Assembly: GCF_023055435.1 (NCBI RefSeq)
Contig: NW_025964372.1
Span: forward strand, 28,024,001-28,088,000
Source of the DNA: Haliotis rufescens
Lineage: Eukaryota
Direction: 5' to 3'
DNA: 64,000 bases
Below the pieces are notes generated by a model, which was not told the origin of the DNA, made no database searches, and saw nothing but the letters and a program-made list of their open reading frames with translations. This document shows, one piece after another, positions 51,528-64,000 of the stretch (position 1 is its first letter; every line of letters starts with the position of its first letter). Position numbers and translations under genes: made by a program.

Positions 51528-54500
51528 TTATTTGCCAGAACCCCTCTCGGAAGTGATTTGAACAGGTGAGGGCAGCATGGCAACGTTTCCTTTGTTCACA
51601 GAAATGCCATTGGCTACCAGAGCCAGAGCAACGTCGTTGTCAACAGATTTGTTGGTGACCTCGCTGTGGGATGCGAACCTCCCGGTTACTTGAACTTCAC
51701 AGAGGGTCAAGAGATCATTGCTGTCAACCATACTGGTTTTCCGGATCTGGATGTAGCGGGCTACAGTAGGCTGGTTGCAGTTGACGGTTGTGTCAGCTCC
51801 TGCGGCGACGTTGCCAGTGATGGTGCCGCACAGTTTAGGGTACTCCAGGTACCGGAAGGGGTCTTTCAGAAGTGTACTGACGTTGATGTTGCGCAGGCGT
51901 TCGGCTGAAACATTAACAATTATTTTTATTCCACATTGACGGACGTGTTAGTCTTCAATTAAGGGGATGAAAATAATTTGGAGCATACGCCGTTACTTTC
52001 AAAATGGTCAGACTTTATTTATTCTATGCATTGGTATACCTATATAAGACTCGTCAGTTAAAAGTATTTTAAGTATGACACTTGTCTGCAGTTTTACAAC
52101 GGCCTAAATCGTCGGATCTCACCAACAAGTCTTCTCTGACGTGTGTGAGTGAGTCAGCCAGTGAGTGAGTGAGTGAGTTAGTAAGTTTCAACGCAGGTTT
52201 AAACATGTTGTTGTAACTGACATTAAATAATAAATTATTTTATTATTAATAACAGATGTTTCTAATTGCATATAACATTTTGAAACAGATATAACGTCCC
52301 CCTTAAACAGTATTTTTGTCACATCACGACGTCAGCTTAGTGAGGGACGGTGGGGTAGCCAATTGGTTAAAGCGTTCGCTCGTCACGCCGCAGACCAAGG
52401 TTTGATTCCCCACATTGGTAGAATGTGTGAAGCTCATTTCTGGTGTTCCTCGCCTTGATATTGCTGGAATATTGCTCCAATCGGTGTATATAATCGGATC
52501 GAGGGACGGGATTCGAAAACACGATCATCTGATCCTGGCACGACGAAGGGAGATAATACTTCACACTTAATCACAGCGTGTTCATGCCACTGGGCCATAG
52601 TCTCCTATAATTGCGGGGATTGATTACATCGACATTGTACTTACCACAGCAGTCGCCCCTGTTGGTGATAATGACGGAGTTGATGTAGTAGTAGGCGCCG
52701 AGGTCGATGTATAAGGTGGGATTTAAGTCACCAGTGGCGCTGGAGTAACAGCTTCTTCCGGTGACGAACTGGTTGTCAAAGTTGCCGTCAACAGCTAGGC
52801 CAGGGGAGGCAATCAGGTTGGCGGCCTCGAAATTAAACTGCGAGGTAGCGCGCACTGGGCGATTCAGGGCGACGTTGGTTGTTGGTGGAATATTAGGGTC
52901 TGAAATAAACAATTTTTGCCAACATTTTAACTTCCGTGAGCAAAACTAAATTTATTTGGTTGTGAAATTTACCAATAGTTGCAAAAACTACAGAAAGCAG
53001 TTACGGAGGAGGTTGGCGTGGTGAAACTGTGATCGAGTCGGTCCAGTGATTTACACCATGAACATCGAACTGTGATCAGGAGAAAAAGTTTTCACTTTGC
53101 GGAGCTTAGAATCCCGAGTTCAAATAATTCTGTGACGTCAGGATCAATGTCAGAATAGGTTAGAATAGACTCCCGTCGCATTCGTCGGTCATAAGTGGCG
53201 ATCTAATTAATGGAGTTGTCAGACTCGGTGACTTGGCTCATAATTTCAATCACTGGATTGTCTGCACCAGAGTCGATTCTTTATAAGCCGACAACATACA
53301 GCTGGAATATTGTTGAGAGCGACGTTAAATAGAAATACCCAAAATACGCAATTATTCATGCGCATGACAAGCCTATAGCATATATACATTTATGTAAAGG
53401 CTATTCTTGTATATGCATATGGCAATATTTGTATGATAATAGCACACAGGATTCATCACATTACTCACGGTAAAAGTTGCCACCGGAAACAACGACCTCG
53501 CAAAGTGTGAGCGGGGCGGTGGCAGAGGGCTTGCTGATTCGGAGGTAGCGTCCAGTGGTCAAAGGAGAACATGCGAGTCCGATTGACTGACCAAGGGCCA
53601 CCCCGCCACTTAACGTTGTGCACAATTCAGGCGTCTCAGCGCTTGTAGTAGGATTCATCTCAAACACCTCGACTCTCAAACCACTCAGTCGGTCAGCTGA
53701 AATGAAAGAAATACATGATGATAACAAACTGCCGGGCACATGAGATTCGGCCATGAATTTGGAAAATACCAGATTCTGATTGGTAAATCAGAGATTATCA
53801 AATCACAATAAACCCCATCTGATTGAAATAGCCGATTTGACGGCCGTATAGCCGCGGAAGCTTATAGCTATAGAAGAGTACTTTTTTCAGTTATTGTCAG
53901 GCATATTTAAATAATCATATGTGCAGTTATAGGCTACAAAATGCAAAGATGCCGGTACTATAATATTCAAAGAAAGTGTGGCAATACATTTCGTGCAGAA
54001 AACACAATTATCTACAAAAAGAATGAATTTAAAGCATTAGATTCCAATTCAATTTAATGCGGTTAAATCTACAGGTGCTCCACAGAGCCCTACATTGAAA
54101 ACACGGTATGTTTATTTCCAAGGTATACACTCTTGATTGGTGGAGTCTAAAAATCAAACAAACAAGTGCAAGACACTTTATAAAACACAAACTCTTGAAG
54201 TGCGGTGGTATTTATTTGGACTGAGGGTTGTGTTTTCTTTGTTTGCATTCTGGCGAATAATGTTTGTTTAATTCATGCATACTATAATGAAAGATCAGGT
54301 AAATGTCTGTCCACATTACGGTGAGTGAATTATTGGTTTTACTGCCGCCTTACACTATTTCAGTAATATCACGACGTGTCAGCTTGGTGTGGGAGGAAAA
54401 CCCGAAGCGATGCATTTCTCAGACGTTTACCGCTTTAAAGAAACACAGGAGCCCACAAAGCTAGAAACATAATCGGGTCAATCCCCATTACAAATCATGG

Positions 54501-55543
54501 ACTGAGATAAACGGATACTCGCACAGGCAAGGGACCCTACTTTTTAAAAAAAAATTTTTTTTATTCAATTCAGTATAAGATATTACAGAGTTATACATTG
54601 AGTATACTGTGGTATACTCATTAAGTATAGGTTACAAACCTATACAGCAGACAGCAAATCGGCACTACTTCTTTACTGATGCAACGGTAACACACGAACA
54701 TAAAGAAACATTACTGTCTACGCATTCGCTAAGCCGGACGATGTTACTGGAAACGCTATGGTTCAGATAAACGGGGTTCGTATAATGTATATTTGTTACC
54801 GAAATAAACAGATGGGATTTTCAAAATGGGATAATCTTCGAGATAAGTCGTATTTCGAAACACTAGGCTGTTTAATACATCACATTAACTTACCGCAACA
54901 GTCGCCTCTGTTGGTGATGGTGACGCCTGAGACGTAGACGCGAGACCCCAGGTCCACGTACCAGAAGGGGTTAGGATCTGTCGCCACATCAGCGCTGGAG
55001 AAACATGAGCCGCCAAAGAAGTTGGAGTTGAAGTTGCCGTCGACGGCGAGATTAGAGTTCGCGGTGAGGGGGGGCACACCGTTGACGAAGACGCTGCTGG
55101 AGCCGGTGGGGCGGTTCTGCGCGATGTTGGAGCCTAAAGGTTCAAGGAGATGATATGTGTTAAAACGCAGTTTTATAAGAATTAATTCAATATCAGCACA
55201 TATGCATTAGAATCAGGCTAGAACGCCAATACATAATTAAATGGATTTTACGAAGGAACCGTGATTCAGTTATCACACTTGTTAATCCGGACGTTCTCAC
55301 AAGGAACCGCATTACCAGGATTTACAGGATTAACAGAGCTCAGCGTACTAAAAACATGTTAGAAAGTACTTGACGATACGGAAAGGCATACTTTCCAATA
55401 CGTCGGCTCTATAATTGTATCTAGTAGTTAATGTAAATCTTAAACTTTCGGATAAATTTATGTCAAATCTTCACTTCCTACTTACCGAAGTTATTGGCGC
55501 TTGCCACTGCTACGAGAGCTGCTAAACACACGACGAAGACCAT
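51528..55543 (-). CDS. Secreted tandem F-type lectin protein, paralogue F, 385 aa (most divergent)
   Basis: Exons 55543-55486, 55133-54894, 53696-53469, 52899-52645, 51904-51528 (58/240/228/255/377 nt), GT-AG, phase 1. Signal peptide MVFVVCLAALVAVASA. Minus-strand AATAAA at 51193-51198. Confidence 0.92.
52343..52480 (+). mobile_element. Family C tRNA-SINE in gene F intron 4
   Basis: Head GGGGTAGCCAATTGGTTAAAGCGTTCGCTCGTCACGCC. Confidence 0.7.
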
Positions 55544-55562
55544 GGTGGATGAGGTAGCGATC

Positions 55563-55599
55563 GAATGATGGTTGGACCTGAAACTCGAGGCTTATATAC
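55563..55599 (-). promoter_or_regulatory. TATA box + initiator of gene F
   Basis: Minus strand reads GTATATAAG...TCATTC...CCACCATGG. Confidence 0.6.
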
Positions 55600-56059
55600 G
55601 AATAGACAGTAAATGCAAATTACTTATTATGTAATGCAAGGTAGGGTGATCAGCAAATCAATGTCTCGGGGTTTTCGGTAATGTACAGGCGCGTCAATGA
55701 GAGAGGGCTGGGAAGAGCCCGCGGACAAATCACAGTATTCACGTTGTCAGATTATGCTAATTATATCCAGCGGGTAAACTGTGTTTGATTATATTTATTC
55801 AGCACTGACGACGCATGATAACTGTGATTACACTGATAGTAATGTTCGCATACGTAAACTTACGTACGTTTTCTATTGCAACGTTCGTAAAGCTACCGTG
55901 AACGTTCCCACACCGTCACGCCTGTAGATCTTTCTAGCACACTCTTTTTCTCTCATCAGGCAAAACATGAAATAATTCTCTGGCATCTGTCACATTTAAT
56001 CCAACGCATCAGTTTTGAGGAAGAATGGGGTGTGTTTTAAGTTCTGGAAACTAAGGATG

Positions 56060-56530
56060 TAGTTGAAGTTGAGAAAGTAGAGATATGTTTGACGTTTGAG
56101 AGAGTAGGGATGTTTTTTAAGTTTGGGAAAGTAGGGATGTACTTTAAGTTAGGAAAGTAGGTATGTGCTTGAAGTTTGAGAAAGTAGGGATGTGATTGAA
56201 GTTTGGAAAAGTAGGGATGTGATTGAAGTTTGGGCAAGTAGGGATGTGTTTGATGTTTGGGAAAGTATATGTGTTTTAAGTTTGAGATTTGAGAGAGTTG
56301 AGATGTGTTTTTAGTTTGGGAAAGTAGGGATGTACTTTAAGTTGAGAAAGTAGGGATGTGTTTGAAGTTTGAGAACGTAGCGATGTGTTTTCAGTTTTAG
56401 AGAGTTGGGATGTGTTTAAAGTTTGAGAGATTAGGGATGTGTTTTATGTTTGGGAAAGTAGGGATGTGTTAACTTTGAAGTTTGGGAAAGTAGGGATGTC
56501 TTTGAAATTTGAGAAACTAGGGATGTGATT
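56060..56530 (+). repeat. 27-bp minisatellite (GAAGTTTGGGAAAGTAGGGATGTGTTT), ~17 diverged units, upstream of gene F
   Basis: Tandem repetition. Confidence 0.88.
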
Positions 56531-57699
56531 GTGCAATTTTATAGCACATGCATATGCAAGTAAATGTCGATGGTTTTGGGATTATAAATATCTTGTAGTT
56601 ATTTTTGTGTCCTTTTATTTTTACATTTGTTTCAAATACAGACATTGTGCAATGGAAGTATAACTAAATAACACATAAGGCGTGTTTAAGTGTATGAGTA
56701 TTACTTCATAGTACATAGGCAACATAAGGCACAAGTATTTACTTTCTACATTTATTAAATATTCTACATATTTTGTCCTTGTAGCTATTCAGTGCTTAAT
56801 TTAAAGATTACAGGTATGTTTATCATATCAAAGTTTCAAACTTCCCAACACTCAAAACTTCAGCTGCTTTTAATTGACCCCAATGCATTTTGAATTCAAC
56901 CTTTTCGTAGCAATGTGTGATTTTTGACAATTAATGTCATCATGTCTGGTCATATTCCTTCTCCACCAGCACAAGGTGACGTCATTTATTGGCCAGTCTG
57001 TCTAGATAAGTCAACAGTTACAACGCTTCATGTGAACCCAATCTTCCTTTAAGATGTGGCGATAAGACAAATGATAACCAGGGCTTTCTGTACAAGCATT
57101 TTAGTCACACTACGACGCATTAAAAAGATCGCAAAATTTCAAACTGCTGCGGATTATTCGTGGACTTTTGAGAAACTAATTACCCCTTTCTTGAACTAAT
57201 TAGTTTTGTTGCCCTCGGGCGTCGGTACAAGCGTCGTGTAGGATGAGGTATGTGTACTCCAACGTGTAAACATGGGCTAAGATTAACATTTGAATGTGTT
57301 TCGCCATTATTCCTCCTTGAATCTTATATAAAATTAGATAACTAGAACAAATATTGAATTACCTACAATGTATGCTATAAGACACGGTTGTCTGAGGGGC
57401 AGGAATGTCCTGCGTCCCTCAGACGTGCCAGAAGCCTGTTATCGTGGATTTTTATTTCGGCTTGTCCTGATAATGCTTTTGGGTTTGTCATCAATGTATC
57501 CGTGCTCCAGGGTTTCACCAATGTGGTAAACGTCTGAGATCTGCACCAAGCTGACATGCCATGATATAACTGATATACTGTTAAAAAAAATAAAAGCGAC
57601 AAACCCCTTTCCATGCATATTCAATAGAACTCTGGACTAGAGTCGATTGTACGATTCCGGCTTCGAGTATATCATGAGCTTGTGTTTCTGAATCACAAT

Positions 57700-58125
57700 C
57701 AAATAGTGATGATACCAGGTGTTCGCGAAAAGGTGAGCATACCCTGCCACACCAGTTGCACCCGTCACAAACACATGCAAAGGCAAGTCAATTGTTTACC
57801 TGACAAAACACGGGAACATATGACACAAGTCAAAATATGGAATTGCATCAGGCATCATATTTGTCACTGATGCGTCAATATTGGAAATGTCCTCCACATG
57901 TCTACCATAAAACGTTTTGAAAGCTTTACTGAGGCCTTGAATGTTGTAACCTTGATCAAACAAATTCTGAGCAAGAGTCGTATGACGCTCTTTGAAATTT
58001 GGTAGATTGAATCTTGGTAGTTGTGAAATGTAAACACCAAAGGCTGGAGCTGCTGAAAATTGCTCGACCTCAAGGGAAAATTGACTATTGGAAAGTTGAA
58101 GTCATCCCTATGTGTCACACAGTCT
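57700..58125 (-). mobile_element. Penelope-like element 3' fragment
   Basis: RDDFNFPIVNFPLRSSN matches the motif seen at ~49090. Confidence 0.6.
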
Positions 58126-58469
58126 TTTGGAGAGTGTTTTGTCTGAGTGAGCACATGTTCGTAACTCGTTCGATGAACAGGAGAATCCGAGCTGAAAAAG
58201 ACTAATGTAATTAGTGTATCGCGAAATCGATCTCAAATATCTACCAAATTATGCTGCCTCGGGGAATGGTAACAAGATACGATTATATTGTGATAATATC
58301 ATGGGGCACTTTCCTGATAGGCAGGTGTCCTTGGGTGGGAAGTGTTCCGAGGGCATGTGGCCTGGGGGTAGACGTCCTGGGGACTGTAGTCCTGATAGCA
58401 ACTGTTACACTTGAAACCTTTGACCTGAACCATGTGAAGTACCCGTGAGCTAAAGATTTTGTTTTGTTT

Positions 58470-58705
58470 ATGTGTTTGTTGTTTAACGCCGCACTCAGCA
58501 ATATTTCAGCGGTCTGTAAATAATCGAGCCTAGACCAGACATTCCAGTGATTGACATCATGAGCATCGATCCACGCGATTTGGATCAATGAAATTCATCA
58601 ACCAAGTCAGCGAGCCTGACCACCCGATCCTGTTAGTCGCCTTTTACGACAAGCATAGTCGCCTTTCACATGGGCTGCTGAAGACCTATTCTACCCCGGA
58701 CGGGT
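58470..58705 (-). mobile_element. Family A SINE-like copy
   Basis: Matches the family A consensus. Confidence 0.8.
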
Positions 58706-60344
58706 CCATGAGCTAAAGAACGTCGAGATCGTGTTTATTATATGTGATCACTGCAGATATGGTTTCCTCATTTACAGGCCATGTCAAATAATTACGGACA
58801 CGTCAGAGTTGATGATAGTAAAGCATCGCACTTTGGGCCTTGGTATTGTGGAAAGGAAATGTTAAGAATCATTTTCTCATCAAGAGAATAAGCTGCTCGA
58901 GGATACCTTACACATCAAATCAGATCAGTGATGTGAGTAAGTGTATGTTGATTAACGCCGCAGTTACACATTGGCGGTTCAGGTTACAGATGGAGAAAGG
59001 GATGCAGGTCTTAGACGCTTACCACATTGGCGAAACTCACAAACACAGGTGTAATGCCGACAGAACAAGAAGCATAATCGCCATTTCAGAACACCCGATC
59101 CATTAAGATACCAACATAGGGCTATAAGGAACCACAGCAAGGCCACAAGACCAACAAACACATGCTCATGAGACAACTGAAATATCAATATGCACTACGT
59201 TTTGACACATATATTAGAGATCGGATAACATTATAATCAATATAGTGTTTCCAAAATGAAGAAAAAAGCAGGAAAAAGCGGAAAATCCTCTCCATAACCA
59301 TAAACAGTCTCAATGTACGATTCCGACTATGTTATCAGCATACGTAATTAATCACAATCAAATAGTAATGATACCAGGGGTTCGGGGAAAGGTAAGTGTT
59401 ATCCTGGCTCACAGGTGGAATCCGTACGATTAATTAATCGTTAAAATATCAATTTTAACAACATCACTCGATGAGAAGTAGAAACAATGAAAACTTATTC
59501 CACTTTAAGAAAAATATATTTTTAATGAGTTTTAAGATATATTCTGTATTGAAACCTCAGAAATTACTTTCTCCGCCACGTATAGCACCTCTCTCGTAAA
59601 TGCACACATTTTATTCTGACATCACTAAATATACAAGAAGTTCGCAAACTTTCTCTCAATCCTTGACATAAATATGAAATAAACAACTAATATGTGATTT
59701 ATTTATACTCCTGCATACCCTCATGGTATATGAGCCAGTGTGTTCTCTCGCCATTGATTCTCTTATGATTTGTTATGTTTAAGGTAATACATTGTAAATA
59801 ATCATAACTAATTACGTATGTATGAATAATCAATGAAAGACATGTATGTGAAATGTGCATTACTTTATATCTAATTATTTTGTCAATTTTTTAAACTTTT
59901 CTCTTTTACCAATGCGGGTGGTTTCTCAAGAATAATTTGAGCTGAGATGAGTTAGCACATAGAAATTACTGTGTTAAATTCAGAATACCCGAATTTAGAA
60001 ATGCATCTGGTATTTTGCGAACGCCACGTAAGACTAAAAACAGAAAAAAATATTTGCATATAGCGTACTGTTTTCCCTATAAAACTGTTACGCCCTGTGA
60101 TAATTGATCATAAAAAATGTAAAATATATTCGTTTAGTGTCCTGTCAGTGTTGTGTTCGTGTCCGGAATCTGTCGTGAAAGCATTGTGTTTGTATCGAAA
60201 CTGTCTTGTGATTGTGATGTGACATTGTTGTGTGACTGGTGGTTTTCTTGTGATAGTGTCGTGTAAACGTTATGTTATGTAGGTTATTAGGTTACATTGT
60301 TAACAAATTGAAATTGGCGCACATATACTTTGCAACCTTTAACC

Positions 60345-60800
60345 CAACACTGAAGTTGCTACCCTCACTGTGCGATTACACTGAAGATGCAATCAACCCT
60401 ATGTCCTTTCCTTCAAGATGCTACCAACAGTGTGCCCTTACATTGAAGATGAAACCAACCCTATGTCCATGCCTTAGGATTCTACCCACACTGTGCCCTA
60501 ACATTGAAGATAAAACCAACCCAATGTCCTTTCCTTCAAGATGCTACCCACACTGTGCCCTTACATTGAAGATGAAACCAACCCTATGTCCTTTCCTTCA
60601 AGATGCTACCCGCACTCTACCCTTACATTGAATATAAAACCAACCCTATGTCCTTTCCTTCAAGATGCTACCGACACTGTGCCCTAACATTGAAGATAAA
60701 ACCAACCCAATGTCCATACCTTGGGATTCTATCCACACTGTTCTCTTACCTTGAGATGCTATCATCAATGTGCCTTACACTGAAGATACTAACCCTATTG
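60345..60800 (+). repeat. 62-bp minisatellite built from two ~31-bp subunits, ~7 units
   Basis: AACCCTATGTCC recurs at 60395, 60457 and onward. Confidence 0.85.
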
Positions 60801-61310
60801 AAGTCCTTTGCCACATTAATAATGAAGGTTTACTCAAAATCAATAGGTCCATTATAGCTGTCTGGAAACGTTGCAAATATTCCAAATAATTCATTTAGTT
60901 ATTTAATTAGTTAATCTATTAGAGGGTTGTTTACCTTTTTACATACAAGGTGTAATAAAAAGACAACACAATAACGTTGAACACTTAAACATTTATATGT
61001 CAGTATTTTCTCCACAAAGACAGTTATGGATGCATTTATATTTTTGAGAATATTCCCTTAAATGTTTACAATAAATGATACAGCACAAGTCGCCTTCATT
61101 GTTAAGATCGGATATAATATAAGGGTAATGCTATATTCTGAGGCATTTGTATTTGCAGAAGTCAGAATGCTGCCGTTGATGAGTAAGGAAACATTTAACG
61201 TCTCATCGGCAGCATTCCAACCATATAGCGACGAGAAAGGTTTATATATGTACAAGTACAGCATAAATACAAAGTTCATTTAAAAGCAAATTTGACAAAC
61301 ATATTTTTGC

Positions 61311-61478
61311 ATAAGGAAGAAAATTTATGGATGTCATAAGGAGTATGTACTTATGCCTTCCACCTGATGAAGGCGTAAAAGTATAGACTGCGAAACGTTG
61401 TGTTCCTCATAATAAGAAGCTGACATCAATAAATTCTCTTCCTTATGTGTATCACTCCTAAATGCCTATCAAAGACCT
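61311..61478 (+). mobile_element. Inverted-repeat element enclosing a hammerhead-like core
   Basis: 26-bp IR ATAAGGAAGAAAATTTATGGATGTCA / TGACATCAATAAATTCTCTTCCTTAT around CTGATGA...GAAAC. Confidence 0.5.
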
Positions 61479-62199
61479 CATATTTAAACATAAAAAAAGA
61501 ATATTTACAACTATTTGAAACACGGGCTATAAGCCACCAACAACCAAAGCTAGACCACCTCACTGGGGATCATAGGGACTAACGGGAATTCTGCAATGAA
61601 TTGCCCGATGAAGGACGTCATTTGAACAGACTGACTGCTTCTGCAAATAATAATCCACCCCCCCAAAAAAAACCACCAAAAACCAAACGCTGTCGTTTTT
61701 GTATTATAATGGATAGAACATGATAATATCCCTAAATGAACTCCATTAAAAACAAACAAAAGTTCATTCACACCAAGAACACAACAGAGGTCAATGTTAC
61801 ATGAATTACGTCACGATAACTTGCGTGACGACCATGGCTAACATTTTGCGAGCTATTCGAAGCTGAGTTTGCTGGACAATGACGTCTTAATTGATATTAC
61901 AATCAGTGCCGTCATACACACTTTACAGTTATATAAAATCGGTAATAACATGATGGAATACATAAACCGGTAACACTAATAGGACATTACAGATGACAGA
62001 GATATACAAGTATCACTTAAGATGCATTGAGAAGGCTGGCGTCCATTTCTAAAACTACCCCTCGCAATGCTGGAACACTACCTTTCAGAAAAAAAACCAC
62101 GTTGCTATAGTTAAACCCCATTGTTCTGGTCCACCATACGTTCCCATCATCAATGTAGATATTCTGAACATGTTTTGTTTCCAAATACGTTGAAAGCAT

Positions 62200-62495
62200 G
62201 AACAGGTTCATAATCTAAACATGTTTAAGTCATGAAATTCAACATAATTCTAAACAGTATATAATTATGATTAGGCATCTAAATGTGGTTAGATCATGAA
62301 ACTCAACATAATTCTAAACAGTATATAATCATGATTAGGCATCTAATTGTGGTTACATCATGAAATTCAACATAATTCTAAACAGTATATAATTATGATT
62401 AGGCATCTAAATGTCACAGTGGTTACATCATGAAATTCAACGCAATTCTAAATTGGATAAAACCATGAATAGGCATCTAATTGTGGTTATGATCA
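62200..62495 (+). repeat. 64-bp minisatellite, ~4 units
   Basis: CATGAAA(T/C)TCAACATAATTCTAAACAG recurs at 62231, 62295 and 62359. Confidence 0.88.
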
Positions 62496-62535
62496 TACAT
62501 GTATATATGACATTTGCTTAATATGTACATGATCG

Positions 62536-62797
62536 GGGCCACATGGGCAGTCGTCAAGAGCGCCGCAATGCCCTGTGCATTGCGTAAGACCCAAACCTAT
62601 GATCTTGTCTACGAAGCCCAGATCGACCTGATTCTGTTTCTACGTTCGTCAGCACCATATCCGTGCTCGTGGGTTCACCAAAGTGGCATACGTCGGAGAC
62701 AAACACCACTTCGGGTTTTCCCCACATACCAAACTGACACATCGCGATATGACTTAAATTCTATTCAAAGCGGCATTGAACCAACCTCACTCACTCC
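62536..62797 (+). mobile_element. SINE family D, diverged copy
   Basis: Shares GTCAGCACCATA.CCGTGCTCGTGGGTT and the tail with 33317-33598. Confidence 0.7.
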
Positions 62798-63320
62798 CAA
62801 TATCTGATCCTTAATCTTTTGTTTAGAAGGGGAAGTTTCCAGTACTGATCAATGAGGTGAGCTGCATTATAATTGTTTCACAAAGTCTGAATGGTCTGCG
62901 GACGGTTGCCCTGAGGGCTGTCAACACCGAATGAAACGGCGACAATATTCAAGTCGTGCGGAAAGTCGTGTTTTTTGCAGTATCCTCAAAGTAACAAATA
63001 GTATATTTGGGATTATACTTAGTAAGTACAACTTTTAGCACTTTTGTTGGGAGAGACCCATCCTGGGTTGGAACCCACACACTCAGAGTAAAGCTCCTAA
63101 GCGATAACACAAACAGGAGAGTGTGGGTTCGAATCCTGGATTGGACTCCACCCCAAAACGTACTAGTATATGTAGAGTGTAAGAAAATGTAATCCCAAAT
63201 ATTTGTAACTTTTGAACACTTTCTGAAAGTCATTGTCTATCTATAAACTGCAAGATATCAAAAGTTGCATATATAGCGAATGAAGGTTCAATACAGGTTA
63301 ATAACAGGAGACAAAAACTG

Positions 63321-63633
63321 CTAGAAATATGACCGTGGAAGCTGGGCCTTGGGGCGAGTCTGCTCCGACACGGGGGTCATGTTGGAGGACCACGGTGCAA
63401 AGCTTGCTGCTCCGATAGGGGTGTAGTATATCCCTCCCTGATCATAAACCTCGTCTTCTACATCTGTGTATATACCAGATGAACTGGTTGGACGATATGG
63501 GTCATCGAAATCCACGGGAGGGTGGGGGTACGGAGGGCGGTGGGTAGGTCTTTGCTTCCAGTGTTGACCCATTTGGTTGACCTTTATCCCATTAACGTGG
63601 CGTTTGTTGATGTTGGTTACCTTGGTGGATTTT
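63321..63633 (-). CDS. Possible terminal exon of an unidentified gene (Pro/Tyr/acidic-rich C-terminus)
   Basis: A minus-strand acceptor ttttcag precedes 63633. The frame is then open for ~103 codons (KSTKVTNINKRHVNGIKVNQMGQHW...IYTDVEDEVYDQGGIYYTP...PKAQLPRSYF*), with higher GC than the flanks. The nearest upstream candidate exon does not join cleanly in frame. Confidence 0.45.
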
Positions 63634-64000
63634 CTGAAAAATAGTTATTGCATATTTTTTTTAATCAGTGTTTATGACAATAATGAGAGATACACTTACA
63701 GGCTTGAAATCCCACTTCATAATGGAACACAGTTAATCCGGGCGGTTGCGTTTTCCTGTGAAATCGGTGGGATTTGCGAGTGTCTGGATAAAAGAATCAG
63801 GATACAGACTCTGAGTAATGTCCCTTTATACATGTGGAAACCTTCAGAGCGGTCAGACAGACAGACAAACAGGTTTGTTCAGTATTATGGCCATATAGCC
63901 TAAAGTACAAATGATATGACTCAAAATATGTTGTCACGTGAATATACAGAAATTATATCTTCTTGAAATTGATATTAAAACATGTTTTATATTAGTACGC

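Noticed and set aside
51528-51904. Gene F as a pseudogene because the ORF track shows only a short last exon
   Set aside because: The exon is open from the acceptor at 51904; the track merely starts at the first Met.
60272-60857. Cys/Pro-rich ORFs
   Set aside because: Translation of the 62-bp minisatellite.

Overview
This is AT-rich eukaryotic genomic DNA, not prokaryotic. The SINE repertoire and lectin genes suggest a mollusc, possibly a gastropod such as abalone (inference). The main content is a cluster of six intact 5-exon paralogues, labelled A-F here: A(-) 4501-8406, B(+) 12192-14656, C(+) 22195-25075, D(+) 32589-36162, E(+) 39639-43016, F(-) 51528-55543. Each encodes a secreted 374-385 aa protein with a signal peptide, two F-type lectin (fucolectin/FTP) domains and a variable C-terminal tail. 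All 12 domains keep the LAVDGN Ca site, six Cys and RxDCC-x-x-R, but carry Ser where the canonical fucose-binding His lies. All introns are phase 1, and one splits each sugar-binding motif. The cluster shows signs of gene conversion, chimerism and inversion, plus a recent ~6.4 kb tandem duplication whose breakpoint is a truncated Tc1-like element. The window opens with the 3' exon of a C-type-lectin-like gene and may end with a terminal exon on the minus strand. Intergenic and intronic DNA holds four SINE-like families, MITEs, decayed LINE and Penelope-like elements, two small hammerhead-like inverted-repeat insertions, and several minisatellites, one with a 630-bp higher-order structure. Exon boundaries were read by eye; repeat boundaries are approximate.
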